From Balanoglossus misakiensis (Eukaryota > Animalia > Hemichordata), in NCBI GenBank assembly GCA_040954595.2, contig CM082589.2, positions 11,358,894 to 11,422,893 on the forward strand: a stretch of 64,000 nucleotides of DNA, in the 5' to 3' direction. The translations under genes and the position numbers were made by a program. The notes below the pieces were generated by a model. The model ran no database searches. It was not told the DNA's origin and was given only the letters and a program-made list of their open reading frames with translations. Shown in pieces: positions 22,521 to 37,252 of the stretch. Each line of letters opens with the position of its first letter. Within the stretch, counting starts at the first letter, position 1.

Positions 22521-23558
22521 TTACATGTATATATGGATGTATTTCTGCCCTGATCCAAAACATGAAACCACGCTTTTTTTATTTTGGTGTGTAGATGGGA
22601 TTTTGCTTAAATGAAGTTGTCATTGCAAAAATACGCAAATAACCTGTGAAATATGTGGAATTGATCAAAACTCAACAACTGGTTAGACTGCTTTGAACAT
22701 TTGTATGCATGTAGGTAATGTCATCATACCTGATATACTTTGAGTTTATATCGTGAATTGTCTATTTTTCATGCAATTATTTTGTCTTGTTTTACCATTT
22801 GAAAAAAAATCTTTTCCTCTTAAAGAGATTGGCTGATTTCTTTAGAATTTAGTATGACACTTCCGGTAGGTGATCTTAGTTGGTTTTGTTTAAATTGTCG
22901 CAGAATTTGTAATCTGTCATTTTTGGTCAAAATTCATTTTCTGAGAAACTCCTTAGATTGCTTTTAAATTTTGGTATGCTTGTTCCAAGAGGTAACCCAA
23001 GTAATGTTGTATATCATTTTGGTGAAATTTACATATTGTGGTCTTGGGGCAATTTTTGCAATTTGTATTCTTTGAAACTACTAGTCAGATTGCTTTCAAC
23101 TTTGGTAGGCGTGGTGATTGAAGTAGATATTATACAATTTGTTGATAGTTGGATAGATGTGGTTTGAGGCAGTTTTTGTCATTGTTGAATGTTGTTTTCC
23201 CTAAAATACTTGTCTGGTTCCTTTGAAATGTTCTTACAGAAGGTCATATCTGCTTGCCAATGTCACATGATTTTTCCCATGAACACAGACATACCTAATT
23301 TTGTGTAATCCCCAGATGGGACCACAGTGTGTAATAACCTGACCAACAGTGACTAGTATATCCTGTGTGTTATACAGTACTTCTCACAAGGTTGAAGTAC
23401 ATGTAGACTGTTGATGATTTTTTGCGATTCTTCAGAAACTTACAATACCGAGTCTAATGTGGTAACGTCCATGGTCACATTAGTCCTGTTTCAAAATGAC
23501 CTACATTACACGTCCTATACACATGTATTGCATGTTTTGATTGGTTTATCCGCTTCTC

Positions 23559-24805
23559 TTAGGTCCACTTGCGGCACGCTGATTGGAGGGACCTTGTAGG
23601 TTAGGTCTTATTATTATGTATTATTCACTAGACCTTGTAGGTTAGGTCTTATTACTATGCATTTTTCGCTTTACAGCTCCCTGATTGGTTAACGTGTCAG
23701 TCTGGTCCCCCATGTGTTCACTGCCTCATAATACAGGACCTTGTAGGTTAGGTCATATTAATATGTATTTATTCACCATACAGCTCCCTGATTGGTTAAC
23801 GTGTCAGTCTGGTCTCCCAGTGTTCACTGCCTCATTGTGAAATGTCCCATGTGCTTCCTGGCTAGCGTTGTGGTAACACATTATTCGGGATGTCCGCAGA
23901 TCATTCATTAATTTTCTGAGAAATAGCCTGACTGATACTATCTCCAACATAAACCGCACCCTGGAAAGATTAAATGATTTTTAGATGGACTTTGAAAATC
24001 TGATTAACACATCTAAGCATTTTTGCTAACAGTTGTATATTTTCTTAAATCACCCTCCTACTTCTCATCATCAATATTATTATTGTTGTTTTACTATTTT
24101 AAAGTAAATTTGTTTTGACGTAGATGTTGTGAAAAGGAGTACGTTGTCCGTTTATACATTCGTATATTGTTTTCATAAAAATGGAACTATGACGGTGCAG
24201 CTTCGTGAAAGAAGTACAATAAAAGTAATCATACCTGTAAAGCAACTAATGAGGTATCCCAATTAAAGAAATGCAATGCTATTCTAAACAGTTCTATTGT
24301 AAGATATTTTTGGTTTGCTCGAATGAATAGCACACACTTCGTATTCAGCCAGGTGTTACACAAAGTGATGCGCTGAAAAGCATTACGTAACAAAACACTA
24401 GCCCATTTCAACAAACCGCCACTGGAAATAAAATAAAAAAATTCTCCTGGCAATTTTTATTTCGAGTATCTAGTTCACAGTATCACAAAAAAATGCCATG
24501 AATAGTGAAGGAAAGGTTAAATCCAATCATTATATGAGTGCCTTTCTTTATACACTGGGATCGAGCTTCGACAACGCGCAGGCAGCATGCCAGACAGAAT
24601 ACGACAACTGTATTCAGAAAGTACAAAAGACTTTGCATAACGAGGCAGTGAAAATTGGAGACCTACACATTAACCAATCAGGGAGCTGTAAAGTGAATAA
24701 TACATAGTAATAAGACCTAACCTACAAGGTCTAGTGAATAATACATAATAATAAGACCTAACACATAAGGTCCCTCCAATCACCGTGCCTCAAGTGGACC
24801 TAAGA
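23559..24805. repeat. Nested inverted-repeat pair (~23559-23690 and ~24670-24805) with internal gaccttgtaggttaggtc subrepeats
   Basis: Reverse-complement match seen directly. Confidence 0.75.
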
Positions 24806-25419
24806 TTACCAGATGGACCAATCACAGATGTCGGTACATATGTCATGGACCTGACTTATGAAACATGACTATTCAGAACTACCTAGTCTATGCCCGGCAG
24901 TGTTCTGTCTGCTTTGCTTCCAAAACTAATGTCTGGCCTCACTCATGCCACTTGCCCAATAAACTAATACCCCTTGCTGGGAATTATGATGTAACTAGCG
25001 TCGCTTTGAAGCCTATCACATTACTGAACAGTGTTGATTTGGTGTAAGATTATAGTGAAGGCAGGGCTTATTACATTGAAAATGCTACCCAACCTTAATT
25101 ACACGTATGTATATCATTTGTCTAATCATTGGAAAAACAATGTACATGTACCAAAGACTAAGTAGCTATTTGAAGGTGAATCGCAAGTGGGCACTTTCAT
25201 TACTTAACCTCAAGCAGTCGGTTAGCTACCGTATACTAAGACAAACATTCCTGGTGTAATTAACATCACTGTCATTAGTAATATCTATCTCCAATCAGTA
25301 TCAGTTCTGCCTTTATGTTATTTTAAGTCAATTGTCAAGGTTCATGTACATATATTACAGCTTAACTGTCTTGTCAAAAACTTACGCATGTACATGTACC
25401 TAATTCTAGGCTTACCTGT

Positions 25420-26604
25420 AGGGTTAGAGATACAGTGTTTTATATTAATATGCATTAATATGAAACTAAAATTTGATGGTTAATTTAAGACCCCCCTGAG
25501 CAATGGTAACCTCGTTAAATATGTGCATATCTAATTCTAGGCTATTCAGCTGAAGTAGAAACCTGGACATGGACAACTTCGGGGTCAAAATCTTTTGACA
25601 AACATTTGTGTGATCTTGGGTAAACTTTGACCTACATTCCTATATTTTAGCATCTGGAGCAGATACAACCTTGACACTTGGAGTGATGGAACTATTTGAT
25701 TGAGTATTATGTCTTGCCTCATTAATTATGTACTTACCTAATGCCAGCCTAACCAATAGGGCTGGAAGTCTGGCTTTTTGGACATGATAAATTTGAGATC
25801 AACATTTTTCTACAGCAGCCAGCCTTCTCTTAAAAAGAATGGACAATATAAAGGCTTTGATGGTATACTGAACTTTTGACTCCCTCCCTGAGACTGTGTG
25901 CCAATGACGGGATAGCCTACTCAGCGTTGGGTAGATCCTAAGAAGGCCTCAGCCAGGCATCAAATACAAAAAGCGGAAATCCAAGCTTTAATGGTGGGTT
26001 ACATCGTTAACTTCCCTGCAGAGCTGATTTCTCAGACTGTGAGCCAATGACGGGTAAAGCCCCTAGGTAGGGGCCACCTAAGACAGGCCGGTCATGCTTT
26101 AATCACAAAGAAGGGCAAGTTTAGTCTTACCACAACTTTGTCTGCTGTATATGCTTCATAAAGATTGCAGAGTATTTTGAGAATACATTGTGTTAAGGCA
26201 GTGTGACCAGCTAAAAAGTACTGGCAAACACAGCCAATGTGTAATGAAAAACATCTAATTTGGCTGAATAAAAGACATAAAACACAGCAAAAGCACTGTG
26301 ACTAGCTGAGACATAATACTCCATTATGCAGTTCCATCACTCCAAGTGTCAGGGATGTATCTGTGCCGGATGCCAAGATATAGGAATGTAGGTCAAAGTT
26401 TACCCAAGATCACCCAACATTTTGTCAAAAGATTTTGACCCCAAAGTTGTCCATGTCCAGGTTTCTACCGCAACTGGATAGCCTAGAATTAGATATGTAC
26501 ATATTTAATGAGGTTACCATGGATCAAGGCAGTCCTAAGTAAACCATCAAATTTTTAGTTTCATGTTAATTCATGTTAATATAAAACGCTGTATCCCTAA
26601 CCCA
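25420..26604. repeat. Nested inverted-repeat pair (~25420-25692 and ~26330-26604)
   Basis: Reverse-complement match seen directly. Confidence 0.75.
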
Positions 26605-29080
26605 CTGGTATGCCATTCTGTGTTTCATGCTACCCAATATGGGTAAGTAGGTAAAAAGTCACCCTAGGCCAATTGAAATTTTGCTGAAAAAATCACGTCT
26701 CTTACATATGTACATTTGGTAAAAGGGAAATTTTAATCACGGAGTAGAACATATTCATAAAAAATATTTGAGGGAAAGAAGGAAGTTTTTCATAGCTTTG
26801 GTGCGTCAAATAGTAGAGAGGTTCCCTTGTTATCCTTAGACTCAAACTCAGAGTTTCCAATCTTTCAGTATTTTCATGATATTACTTTCCATCTTAGATT
26901 TGTTCATCTAAACAAACTGACTGATAGGTATACATGAACATTTTATTGACTAATGAATGTGCCTGTATGTTGCAATTTAAAGAAGTCAGATATTAAACAA
27001 GCGCCACACCTGTTTTAATCAGCCTCCATATGGAGGGTACACATCGCAGAGAGATGACAAACCCCATGCAAATTCAAGTAATATGTCTCAATGGTGCTGA
27101 TTTTAAAGGATAGGTGGATGATTTGAAAAATGTTATTGTGGAAAAAGATGTGTAAAATTTGGCAGCTTGTGAGGCTTTAATTGTAAAATCTTTGAAATGT
27201 GTTTTACTCTTTAGGTCCAATTTTGTATATGTCAATATACCATTGGGACCAATGTGAAATTGTTCTAAACTCAGAAACTCAAGAAGGTACTGGTCAGATT
27301 GCTTTAGAAATTGGTGTGTATTTATGTTATTGAGACTTTATACAGATTTTATTTTTCATTTTTGAAGTATATTTTGGGGTGATTTTGGTCGTCATATACT
27401 CAGAAACCTCTACCCACATTTTTTTTAAAATTTGGTTTGCATGTTTTTAGGTGTGATTTTATGACAATTTAACAAACCCAGTGATGGAAGTGACAATATT
27501 TTTTTTTTTTTTTTTTGGCAATTACTGCCATTTTTGTCTGATTGCTTTGCAATTTAGTTTGCAGTTTCTAGGGAATTCTTACTGTGGTGCACAAAATTCA
27601 CAAAGGTGATTTACTATCCTCATGCGCTTTGTTGATCTGGCACCCTGTTGCAAAACAGACATTACAACACTCTTTGAATTGAATTCATAGCTACCAATTT
27701 TTCGGGGGTGTAGCACCTTTTTTATGCCTAAAACTTTGATCGAGAACTTCAAATTAAATGCAACCCTCCAAATATTTGCAATATTTCAGGTAAAATGATT
27801 TAATTTTAAAGCATAAATTTTGATGTATTCATAATCATTAAGAAAAACACATTTTGAAAATAGAATATTAATCACACTAGCAGTCATAATACTTTTGAAT
27901 CATCACTAAAGAACATATAGAAAAATTAAACAGGTGTTAATTATTTATATTTGAACGCAAAGCGTAAATTCCCTTGTGCCATGGAATTGACAATCTGCAA
28001 CTGGTGGGGTCCTTCTGCCAGTAAAAAGCATCAGATAAATTCTGCATGCTCATCACCGAGGCAATTTAGGTGTACTTTTGTACTTTAAGAACAGTCGGTT
28101 TTCGCAACTGAAACTCTGTTCACAGGACAGAGGAAAAACTAGAATGACAACAGCTATGTAAGCTAACAAAAGGAACACAGAGCATAGTTCTCCATACTCA
28201 CATTTTAATGCAATAATTTTTGCTGAAACTGGGGCGTCCGTGGGCAGGCAAAGGCAGTTCTAACTCGACTTGCAAATAAGGCCCATGTCTCTTGTTCGCT
28301 GAGATTGTCTGGTTCTAATAATAGCTGTAAGAACTTGATCATTGACCGAACTGTTGGTTCAATTTTGCAACATTTTATGATTTCAAGCTGTGCAATATTT
28401 GCAACTCAGTTTCAACTTTGGTTGGAGGGATGATGATGAAGCCATTTCACTGACAAAATAGCGCTACTGATTGATGTCAATGTTTGTTTACAGTCAAATG
28501 CATTGCCATCATAAAAATACATGTGAGAAATTTCTTATGTGTATGATACACACTTTTGTGCATGACTGCAAACTCTGTTACAGTTGTGAAATTCTAAGGG
28601 TTGAATTCATTGGGTAGAATTCATGTTTTTTGGATTCTTAAACAACCAGTCACGAAAGCTAAGTGGTTACCTCAGAGAAACTGTGTTAAATTTGGTCATC
28701 AATTGCTTTAAATCACACAAGACATTCCCAGAGCTAAAGTTACTGCAGCAGTCAGTTTCAACTCAGCTTGCAAATTGGGATCATGTCTTGTGTTCATCGA
28801 GACTGTCTGTAGTCGAGTTGACAGTCCTATGGGGTCAATGATGAACCTACAAATGTTCTTTCCAATGAAATTGTTATAAATCTAATATTCAGGATTTGCA
28901 TTCATACCTTAAACAATATAACTGTATTGCAAATATGGCAACTCTTCTAAGTTACATTGGAACACCTTCTCGCCACTGTTTGTGCCAAAATGGTGAATAA
29001 GCTTTCATTTTCAAGCCTTAACATAGGCACCCAAAACAAGACAACAGCATTGCAAATATGGCATTTTTTGTTCAACTCTT

Positions 29081-29735
29081 CTCATTTGCATAGTCCAAAA
29101 TGGCCGCCAAACTCCTCTAACATGTAAATTTCCTATGGTCGTCTTAAATAGTGTGTAGTATCGCATTTGAAGGGTTTTCATCAATATGGGTACCTAAAAC
29201 AATTTCAACGTGGTTGACATTGCAATGTTAGACAGCTGTTCTAATTTGCATAATCTAGAATGGCCGACAAACTTCTCTAACATGTAAATTTACTATGGTT
29301 GTCTTTAATAGTGTGTAATATCGCATTTGCAGGGTTTTCATCAATATGGGTAACTAAAACAATTTCAGCGTGGTTGACATGGCAATATTAGACAACTGTT
29401 CTAATTTGCATAATCCAAAATGGCCACCAAACTCTTCTTAAATGTAAATTTCCCTGTTTTGTCTTATATGGTGCCTAAAATCGCATTTGCAGGGTTTTCA
29501 TCAATATGGGTAACTAAAACAATTTCAGCGTGGTTGACATGGCAATATTAGACAACTGTTCTAATTTGCATAATCCAAAATGGCCGACAAACTTCTCTAA
29601 CATGTAAATTTCCCTGGTTTGTCTTATATGGTGTGTAATATCGCATTTTCACGGTTTTAATTAATATGGGTACCTAAAACAATTTCAACGTGGTTGACAT
29701 GGCAATATTACACAACTGTTCTAATTTGCATAATT
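29081..29735. repeat. Tandem array, 160-bp unit, about 4 copies
   Basis: ct(a/c)atttgcata recurs at 29081, 29241, 29401, 29561 and 29721. Confidence 0.92.
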
Positions 29736-30344
29736 CGAACACCTGCTGGATAATTTAATTTTTGCCCTTCTTGTCCCATGATTATATGTGTAATATCTCA
29801 TTTTCAATGTGTTTACATGTATATATGCAGAATCCATTTCAAACTAAGTGGGCATATTGTAGCGCCAATCTTATTTTTTAATCCGCACCACAGAACTGAT
29901 GCAAGGTTTAGGACTGGAAATGTATGTGGCCACTGGCCGACACCCCGGGCGAGAGGTCTCCAATTATTTTCAGCACATAGTGTGCTTCCCGGTTGATAAC
30001 ATCAATATGTGTAAATGCCAAAAACCCGACCTATTGTAATACCAGTCAAATTTTCTTTGTCATTTACCATTTTTCTCTTGCATATGAACGTTTTTCTTAA
30101 AGAGTACATACCCATATACATTTGTATGGGAGCACACATCCCCACCCCCTGCCAACAATAATTGGACAACTTTATTCTTCTTATACTTCTTTTTAGTCTA
30201 AACATTCATATAGAGAAGGCAACATGTTCTTGAAGCTGCTGACTATGGAAATATGATGAAGTACATTTTCCTAGTTGTACATGTACAGTATGATAGGCCC
30301 AATGTACCAATTGGAGATGTGTGCCTTACAGGCAACATACATGT

Positions 30345-31466
30345 AGCTCTGCATGGCCTGGTTAATCAATGTTGACGCAAAGGTTGACCCTACCAAACAC
30401 TCAAAATTAATGGGCACGACACTGGCCACTAGCTCTGCATGGCCTGGTTAATCAATGTTGACGCAAAGGTTGACCCCACCAAACACTCAAAATTGATGGG
30501 CACGACACTGGCCACTAGCTCTGCATGGCCTGGTTAATCAATGTTGACGCAAAGGTTGACCCCACCAAACACTCAAAATTGATGGGCACGACACTGGCCA
30601 CTAGCTCTGCATGGCCTGGTTAATCAATGTTGACGCAAAGGTTGACCCCACCAAACACTCAAAATTGATGGGCACGACACTGGCCACTAGCTCTGCATGG
30701 CCTGGTTAATCAATGTTGACGCAAAGGTTGACCCCACCAAACACTCAAAATTGATGGGCACGACACTGGCCACTACAATGTAGCTCTGCATGGCCTGGTT
30801 AATCAATGTTGACGCAAAGGTTGACCCAACCAAACACTCAAAATTGATGGGCAGGACACTGGCCACTAGCTCTGCATGGCCTGGTTAATCAATGTTGACG
30901 CAAAGGTTGACCCCACCAAACACTCAAAATTGATGGGCACGACACTGGCCACTAGCTCTGCATGGCCTGGTTAATCAAGGTTGACGCAAAGGTTGACCCC
31001 TCCAAACACTCAAAATTGATGGGCACGACACTGGCCACTAGCTCTGCATGGCCTGGTTAATCAAGGTTGACGCAAAGGTTGACCCCACCAAACACTCAAA
31101 ATTGATGGGCACGACACTGGCCACTAGCTCTGCATGGCCTGGCTAATCAAGGTTGACGCAAAGGTTGACCCCACCAAACACTCAAAATTGATGGGCACGA
31201 CACTGGCCACTAGCTCTGCATGGCCTGGCTAATCAAGGTTGACGCAAAGGTTGACCCCACCAAACACTCAAAATTGATGGGCACGCCACTGGCCCCTAGC
31301 TCTGCATGGCCTGGCTAATCAAGGTTGACGCAAAGGTTAACCCCACCAAACACTCAAAATTAATGGGCGCGACACTGGCCACTAGCTCTGGCCTGGCTAA
31401 TCAATGTTGATGCAAGGGTTGACCCCACCAAACACTCAAAATTGATGGGCACGACACTGGCCACTA
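30345..31466. repeat. 86-bp minisatellite, left block (13 units)
   Basis: Unit agctctgcatggcctggttaatcaatgttgacgcaaaggttgaccccaccaaacactcaaaattgatgggcacgacactggccact; 82-bp variant lacks 4 bp. Confidence 0.97.
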
Positions 31467-34400
31467 CAGTCCCAACAGAACATAACAACTATTTGTATAT
31501 TTCTGAATACGGCAAGTAGTACGTCAACCCTACGGGAACTACGGGAACCCCTACGGGAACTATTGTTAGTTGTAGCAGAGTTTGCTGCAACAATTGTCTG
31601 AGGCCCATTTCCTTTTGTTACATTTCCGTAAAAACTACGGCAACTCCTTTACGGCAAGCCATTAACAAGGGAAGCTTAACACCTCTACCCGTAAATACTG
31701 CTGCAACACCTGTCAATTAGCCCCCACAGAGTGATGCCTTTTGTTCAAGGTGTTGATTATTTTGCTACAACTAGAGTGATTGACAGGTCTAGAACTAGAG
31801 TGCAACATTTTTGCAACAGGTCACTGCAACATTGTATCACAAAGTTTACAAAAGAAGCTCTGTCTAAAAATAAAATGGCAAAGGGCTGACATCAAATACC
31901 AATGAAGTCAGTTTTGGATCGATGTTATGTTCATGATGTTATGTTCATAGACAAAGTCTGAACTCTCTTGGTAACAGAACAGTCTGTGGACATGAACAGA
32001 GGTCAACACATCCCTACCCCAGTGTTGTAGAATGCACATGCTTTGCTGGGGTTTCTTTTCTTTCAAGGAGCTGGACCAATTAATATTTGAGAGAGACAAA
32101 GCATGACCAATGGAAAATCAAACACACTGATGCATTTCACAATTGGGTTTAGCTTAAAAGACAATGGCTTTCATTTTTTTACCCTTGCCCCCCCCCCCCC
32201 CCTGATAATAAATAGTACGGCTTGTTTTATACAAGATAATGTTGGCCTGTAGTACCACGATCAGCTGCAGTTTGATCTTTAGAACAGACACGTTGTGAGA
32301 GTCTTCTTGACTATAATTTTGAAGGGTTTCATAAGTAGTAATGGTCTGTATTATTTCAATATTCTATTATTACGGCAATGGATACACTCGTTTTTCGACG
32401 GGCAGCGCTTGAACATGACGGGAAGTGACTGGCAGCAATTAGTTGGCCGGTTTGGGATGAATGACCTACATGTTTACTCATTATATATTCACGCAATTTG
32501 TTTGTTGAACAAGGTTGATACACTTTGCTGCCGGGTCTATCAATCAGATTGATTGAGCCAGTTAAATTGTTGACCCACGCACACACATTGATACATTTAT
32601 TTTTATTTTTTGTTTCATTTAACTGTTTAATAAAATTAATTTGCGTGTAGATTTCTGAACAAAATGATGCATCGGCATCATGGAAATCATGCCCTTTCTC
32701 TACCGGAATTGTTGAGTTGTTTTGGTTCATTCTCCGAATCTGACTCGGATATTACAATGTCGGGTGTTTCGCGTCGCGGACGGACTGAAGCTGTTCCACA
32801 TTGGAAAGCTTCCTGGTGACCTCAATAGCGGCCGCGCGTCCATCTAGGTCTGAGGCACGGTTACACAAACAACACACACAAGTGCGTGTGTTTCCAGGGT
32901 GGTTTTTATGAGTGCCACATAATAATATTTGTTTGTTTTTTTGCCAACACATTCACTATACTCAACATTGTAAAATGAGCAATGGGCTTCCAAATTACTA
33001 AACGGGTGAAACACAACACAACATCATATGTTATATCCAAATATATTTTCTATTCTAGATAATGACACGAAGATTAGACTGAGACTGTTCTCCATGTTCT
33101 CAAACACTGAGCGTCTCGGAGTTTATCAGTTCCCGTTTGTGTAGAGAAATTTGAGTCACTAAGGCAACGTACGGCCTTGCGCCAGCGAGCGACGGTGGGG
33201 GGGTGGGTGGGGGGGTGGCGTAAGGAATTTACGTCGCTTAGGCAATGACCTCGGTCAGCACACTTTTTAATTGGTGAGGGTCGCAGCAAAAAGAAACCTC
33301 ACTGAACAAATTATTTGAAAACGATAACATTCTTGTCTGGACATGGGGATTATTTTTGCGAAAGACTTGCCATTTGACCTTGTTTTTTACAGACAGACCT
33401 TGAGCGCATTTTACATACACTCATTGTCATGGTTGTCGCCGAATTTCAACCAGGACAAACTGCTAAGATGGGATTATGTACATTTATACAAGGGGAGTGA
33501 TTGATTGTCCACGCACCTTTCTTTTAACCTGGTGGTAAGCCACCTGTCTACTACCTTGCATCTGGAAATGACAAACCGCTAATCACAGCAATTATCGCAG
33601 AATATATTTGAGCAAAGCAAGACTCGATTCGTATCAGCTGGGCCAACTTTATTAATACGTTTGATTCATCCTTCCGCCAAGGTGGATTTACAGACGTACG
33701 TGCATACGTAGTATGCACAGGTTGTGTATCTGGCAAAAGTTTATTTTGCACGCAAATTCTATCCATTCATGCATGATATGCAAAACAACCCGTGTTCCGC
33801 ACCGGGCCGACCTGCACATTAAAATACTGGCCGACCTGTGCTTGTGATGGAGTACGCCCGCCCCCTCTATTTTTACTGGAAAACTTCTAAATGACAAAAT
33901 GTTTCATTTGCAAGTTGATGCCACTTGTAAACACAGGTTTATTCCCCGATAGCGGAGATTACAACGTTTACCCATGTGATTAGTCTGGGAAGATGTTAAA
34001 AACAGGCAGAAAACAAACGTTTGTTTTCACCAGTGCAATGACAAACTTTGGAAAGAGACATGATAAAAAGAGAAGTTCGATAGTGTGAGAATGGAACTGA
34101 TTGGATCGGCAAGTGATTCAATGTGCTGATATTGCGCTGCCATTTTCCTGGGATCGGAAAGTTCCCCTATCGTGTTTACTCATTATACAGTCACGCAATT
34201 TGTTTACGTCTAAGCAAGCCACGTGCGCGTGGGCAGAACTTTGATACAATTTGCCTGTCTATCATTGTCTGGCTACGTCTCTTGACCGGCAAGTCCGCGT
34301 CTGATAAAATACATTCAATGAGCCGTCTTTACAGTATATCCGGACGAATAATATACAGCACTGCCCCCATTCTGTTGTGTACGCTCGCGCTCATTGAGAA

Positions 34401-35824
34401 CTATAAAATTTGGACGAAAAGACCCACTCAAGGCAGGAAATACAAATTCATGTAGGCAAGAAAATACAGCGTTGAAAAGCTAGCGCCAAGCAAATAACCT
34501 GACCCGCACAACACATCTTGCGGTACTAGGCCGGCTCTTTTTCTCTCACACACAAATAAACACAACAATAAAGACAATTTATCAAGAATACATATTTCAA
34601 TAATATGCAATGTAATGTAATTTGAGACTTGGCGTTGTCAGTTGCACATTGTTCTTGCCAGGTAATGGGCCGCGGGGGCAGGGCGGGCCCACACTGTCAT
34701 ATCTTAACCACCAATATTAAAGTAAGGCCACTGGTCAATTTCTGGTGCCCGTACCTACGTTCTCTGTTAATGTTTCCCAAGGGATGTGTCCTCCAACTTG
34801 AAAGTAAAGACAATCGGCAGTCTATCACCCCATTCATTGTTTGACTGTAAACCTAAATGGAAGCTAGTGTTCTTTATACTTTTTTCATTTGAAATATTGT
34901 GAACACACATGTGCCTAGAGAAATATTTGGACTTCTATTTGAAGCAAGTGGCAAGTCGAATCCGGCTAGATTTTTACAGTGGATCTTTTGCAGATGTTTT
35001 TGTTGAATAATACTGAGTTCAAGTTGATGAAAAAAAAACATTTTGACCTCCCACTACACAGTAAGACGTGTATTGTATGGTGAACGGTAGGCCGTAATGG
35101 ATGCTGTGAATTCAGCTGTCTTTTATCAGTGGTCGCGCTTGCTTTTTATTACCCAAGTCTCTGGGGAAGCAATGAAACCACAAATTGCGTCCCTTGCTGT
35201 TTTGAGTGCGTCTTTACCTAATTTGCATATCCTGATTAGGTTGTTGGCCTTGCCCTAGTTGTCACAAAATGTACGTCAATTGCAACATATTAGTCAATAC
35301 TCTGCCAACTTACCGCCAAGTGTTATGGAAGTTTATTTTTAGAACCGCTTGCGTTCTGCATAAGTCACAACACAAAACTTTGCAGTCGGTCAGCTAGCTA
35401 TGTAAAGCTACTGAGACAGGGGAAATATTAGGTAAGGTTGACAACTGACTTTCCCACTGTCAAGATTTGCAAGGAATGCATTTGCTTAGTGAGGCCAGGA
35501 CATTAATTGCCCGCAACCAAGCAAAAATCCACATGGGCGGAGCTCATTATCACACATAGACATTGCTACAACTATTGTTCACATCAGGTGATAATCACCT
35601 CCCCATTAGCCCTTCTTGCTGTAACACCTGCCCCAAATTGCCGTAATGGAGCACACATTCTTTTGTTTCAAACTACGGGAACCTTTGTAGTTGCCGTAAA
35701 CTAAGACAAAAAACATCAATTAACCAACAATAGAGGTGTTGCCGTAACATCTCTGCTACAACACTGCTACAACTAGTGCGGGAACTTTCCCGTACAGTTT
35801 AGTTGTTGTACGGTGTTGGGACTG
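31467..35824. mobile_element. Non-autonomous TIR DNA transposon (4358 bp) with TA target duplication, inserted in the minisatellite
   Basis: ccacTA|CAGTCCCAACA...TGTTGGGACTG|TAgctc, versus empty unit junction ccacTAgctc. Subterminal ctacgggaac and tgct(a/g)caac repeats. No transposase ORF. Confidence 0.9.
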
Positions 35825-35825
35825 T

Positions 35826-37252
35826 AGCTCTGGCCTGGCTAATCAAGGTTGACGCAAAGGTTGACCCCACCAAACACTCAAAATTGATGGGCACAACACT
35901 GGCCACTAGCTCTGGCCTGGCTAATCAAGGTTGACGCAAGGGTTGACCCCACCAAACACTCAAAATTAATGGGCGCAACGCTGGCCACTAAGCTCTGGCC
36001 TGGCTAATCAATGTTGACGCAAGGGTTGACCCCACCAAACACTCATAATTGATGGGCACGACACTGGCCACTAGCTCTGGCCTGGCTAATCAATGTTGAC
36101 GCAAGGGTTGACCCCACCAAACACTCAAAATTGATGGGCACGACACTGGCCACTAAGCTCTGGCCTGGCTAATCAAGGTTAACGCAAGGGTTGACCCCAC
36201 CAAACACTCATAATTGATGGGCACGACACTGGCCACTAGCTCTGGCCTGGCTAATCAAGGTTGACGCAAGGGTTGACCCCACCAAACACTCAAAATTGAT
36301 GGGCACGACACTGGCCACTAGCTCTGGCCTAGCTAATCAATGTTGACGCAAGGGTTGACCCCACCAAACACTCAAAATTGATGGGCACGACACTGGCCAC
36401 TAGCTCTGGCCTGGCTAATCCAGGTTGACGCAAGGGTTGACCCCACAAAACACTCAAAATTAATGGGCGCGACACTGGCCACTAAGCTCTGGCCTGGCTA
36501 ATCAAGGTTGACGCAAGGGTTGACCCCACCAAACACTCAAAATTGATGGGCACGACACTGGCCACTAAGCTCTGGCCTGGTTAATCAATGTTGACGCAAA
36601 GGTTGACCCCACCAAACACTCAAAATTAATGGGAACGACACTGGCCACTAGCTCTGCATGGCCTGGTTTATCAATGTTGACGCAAAGGTTGACCCCACCA
36701 AACACTCAAAATTAATGGGCACGACACTGGCCACTAGCTCTGCATGGCCTGGTTAATCAATGTTGACGCAAAGGTTGACCCCACCAAACACTCAAAATTA
36801 ATGGGCACGACACTGGCCACTAGCTCTGCATGGCCTGGTTAATCAATGTTGACGCAAAGGTTGACCCCACCAAACACTCAAAATTAATGGGCACGACACT
36901 GGCCACTAGCTCTGCATGGCATGGTTAATCAATGTTGACGCAAAGGTTGACCCCACCAAACACTCAAAATTAATGGGCACGACACTGGCCACTAGCTCTG
37001 CATGGCCTGGTTAATCAATGTTGACGCAAAGGTTGACCCCACCAAACACTCAAAATTAATGGGCACGACACTGGCCACTAGCTCTGCATGGCCTGGTTAA
37101 TCAATGTTGACGCAAAGGTTGACCCCACCAAACACTCAAAATTAATGGGCACGACACTGGCCACTAGCTCTGCATGGCCTGGTTAATCAATGTTGACGCA
37201 AAGGTTGACCCCACCAAACACTCAAAATTAATGGGCACGACACTGGCCACTA
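35826..37252. repeat. 86/82-bp minisatellite, right block (17 units)
   Basis: Same unit and phase as the left block. Confidence 0.97.

Larger units (their letters stand above)
20969..28671. mobile_element. Foldback element with ~730-bp terminal inverted repeats (20969-21698 and 27938-28671), possibly non-autonomous Kolobok-type
   Basis: Long reverse-complement match. Termini GGTAACC...GGTTACC with degenerate TTAA-like flanks. No transposase ORF. Confidence 0.75.

Noticed and set aside
30345-37252. CRISPR-like array
   Set aside because: Units are contiguous and near-identical with no unique spacers, there are no cas genes, and the context is eukaryotic.
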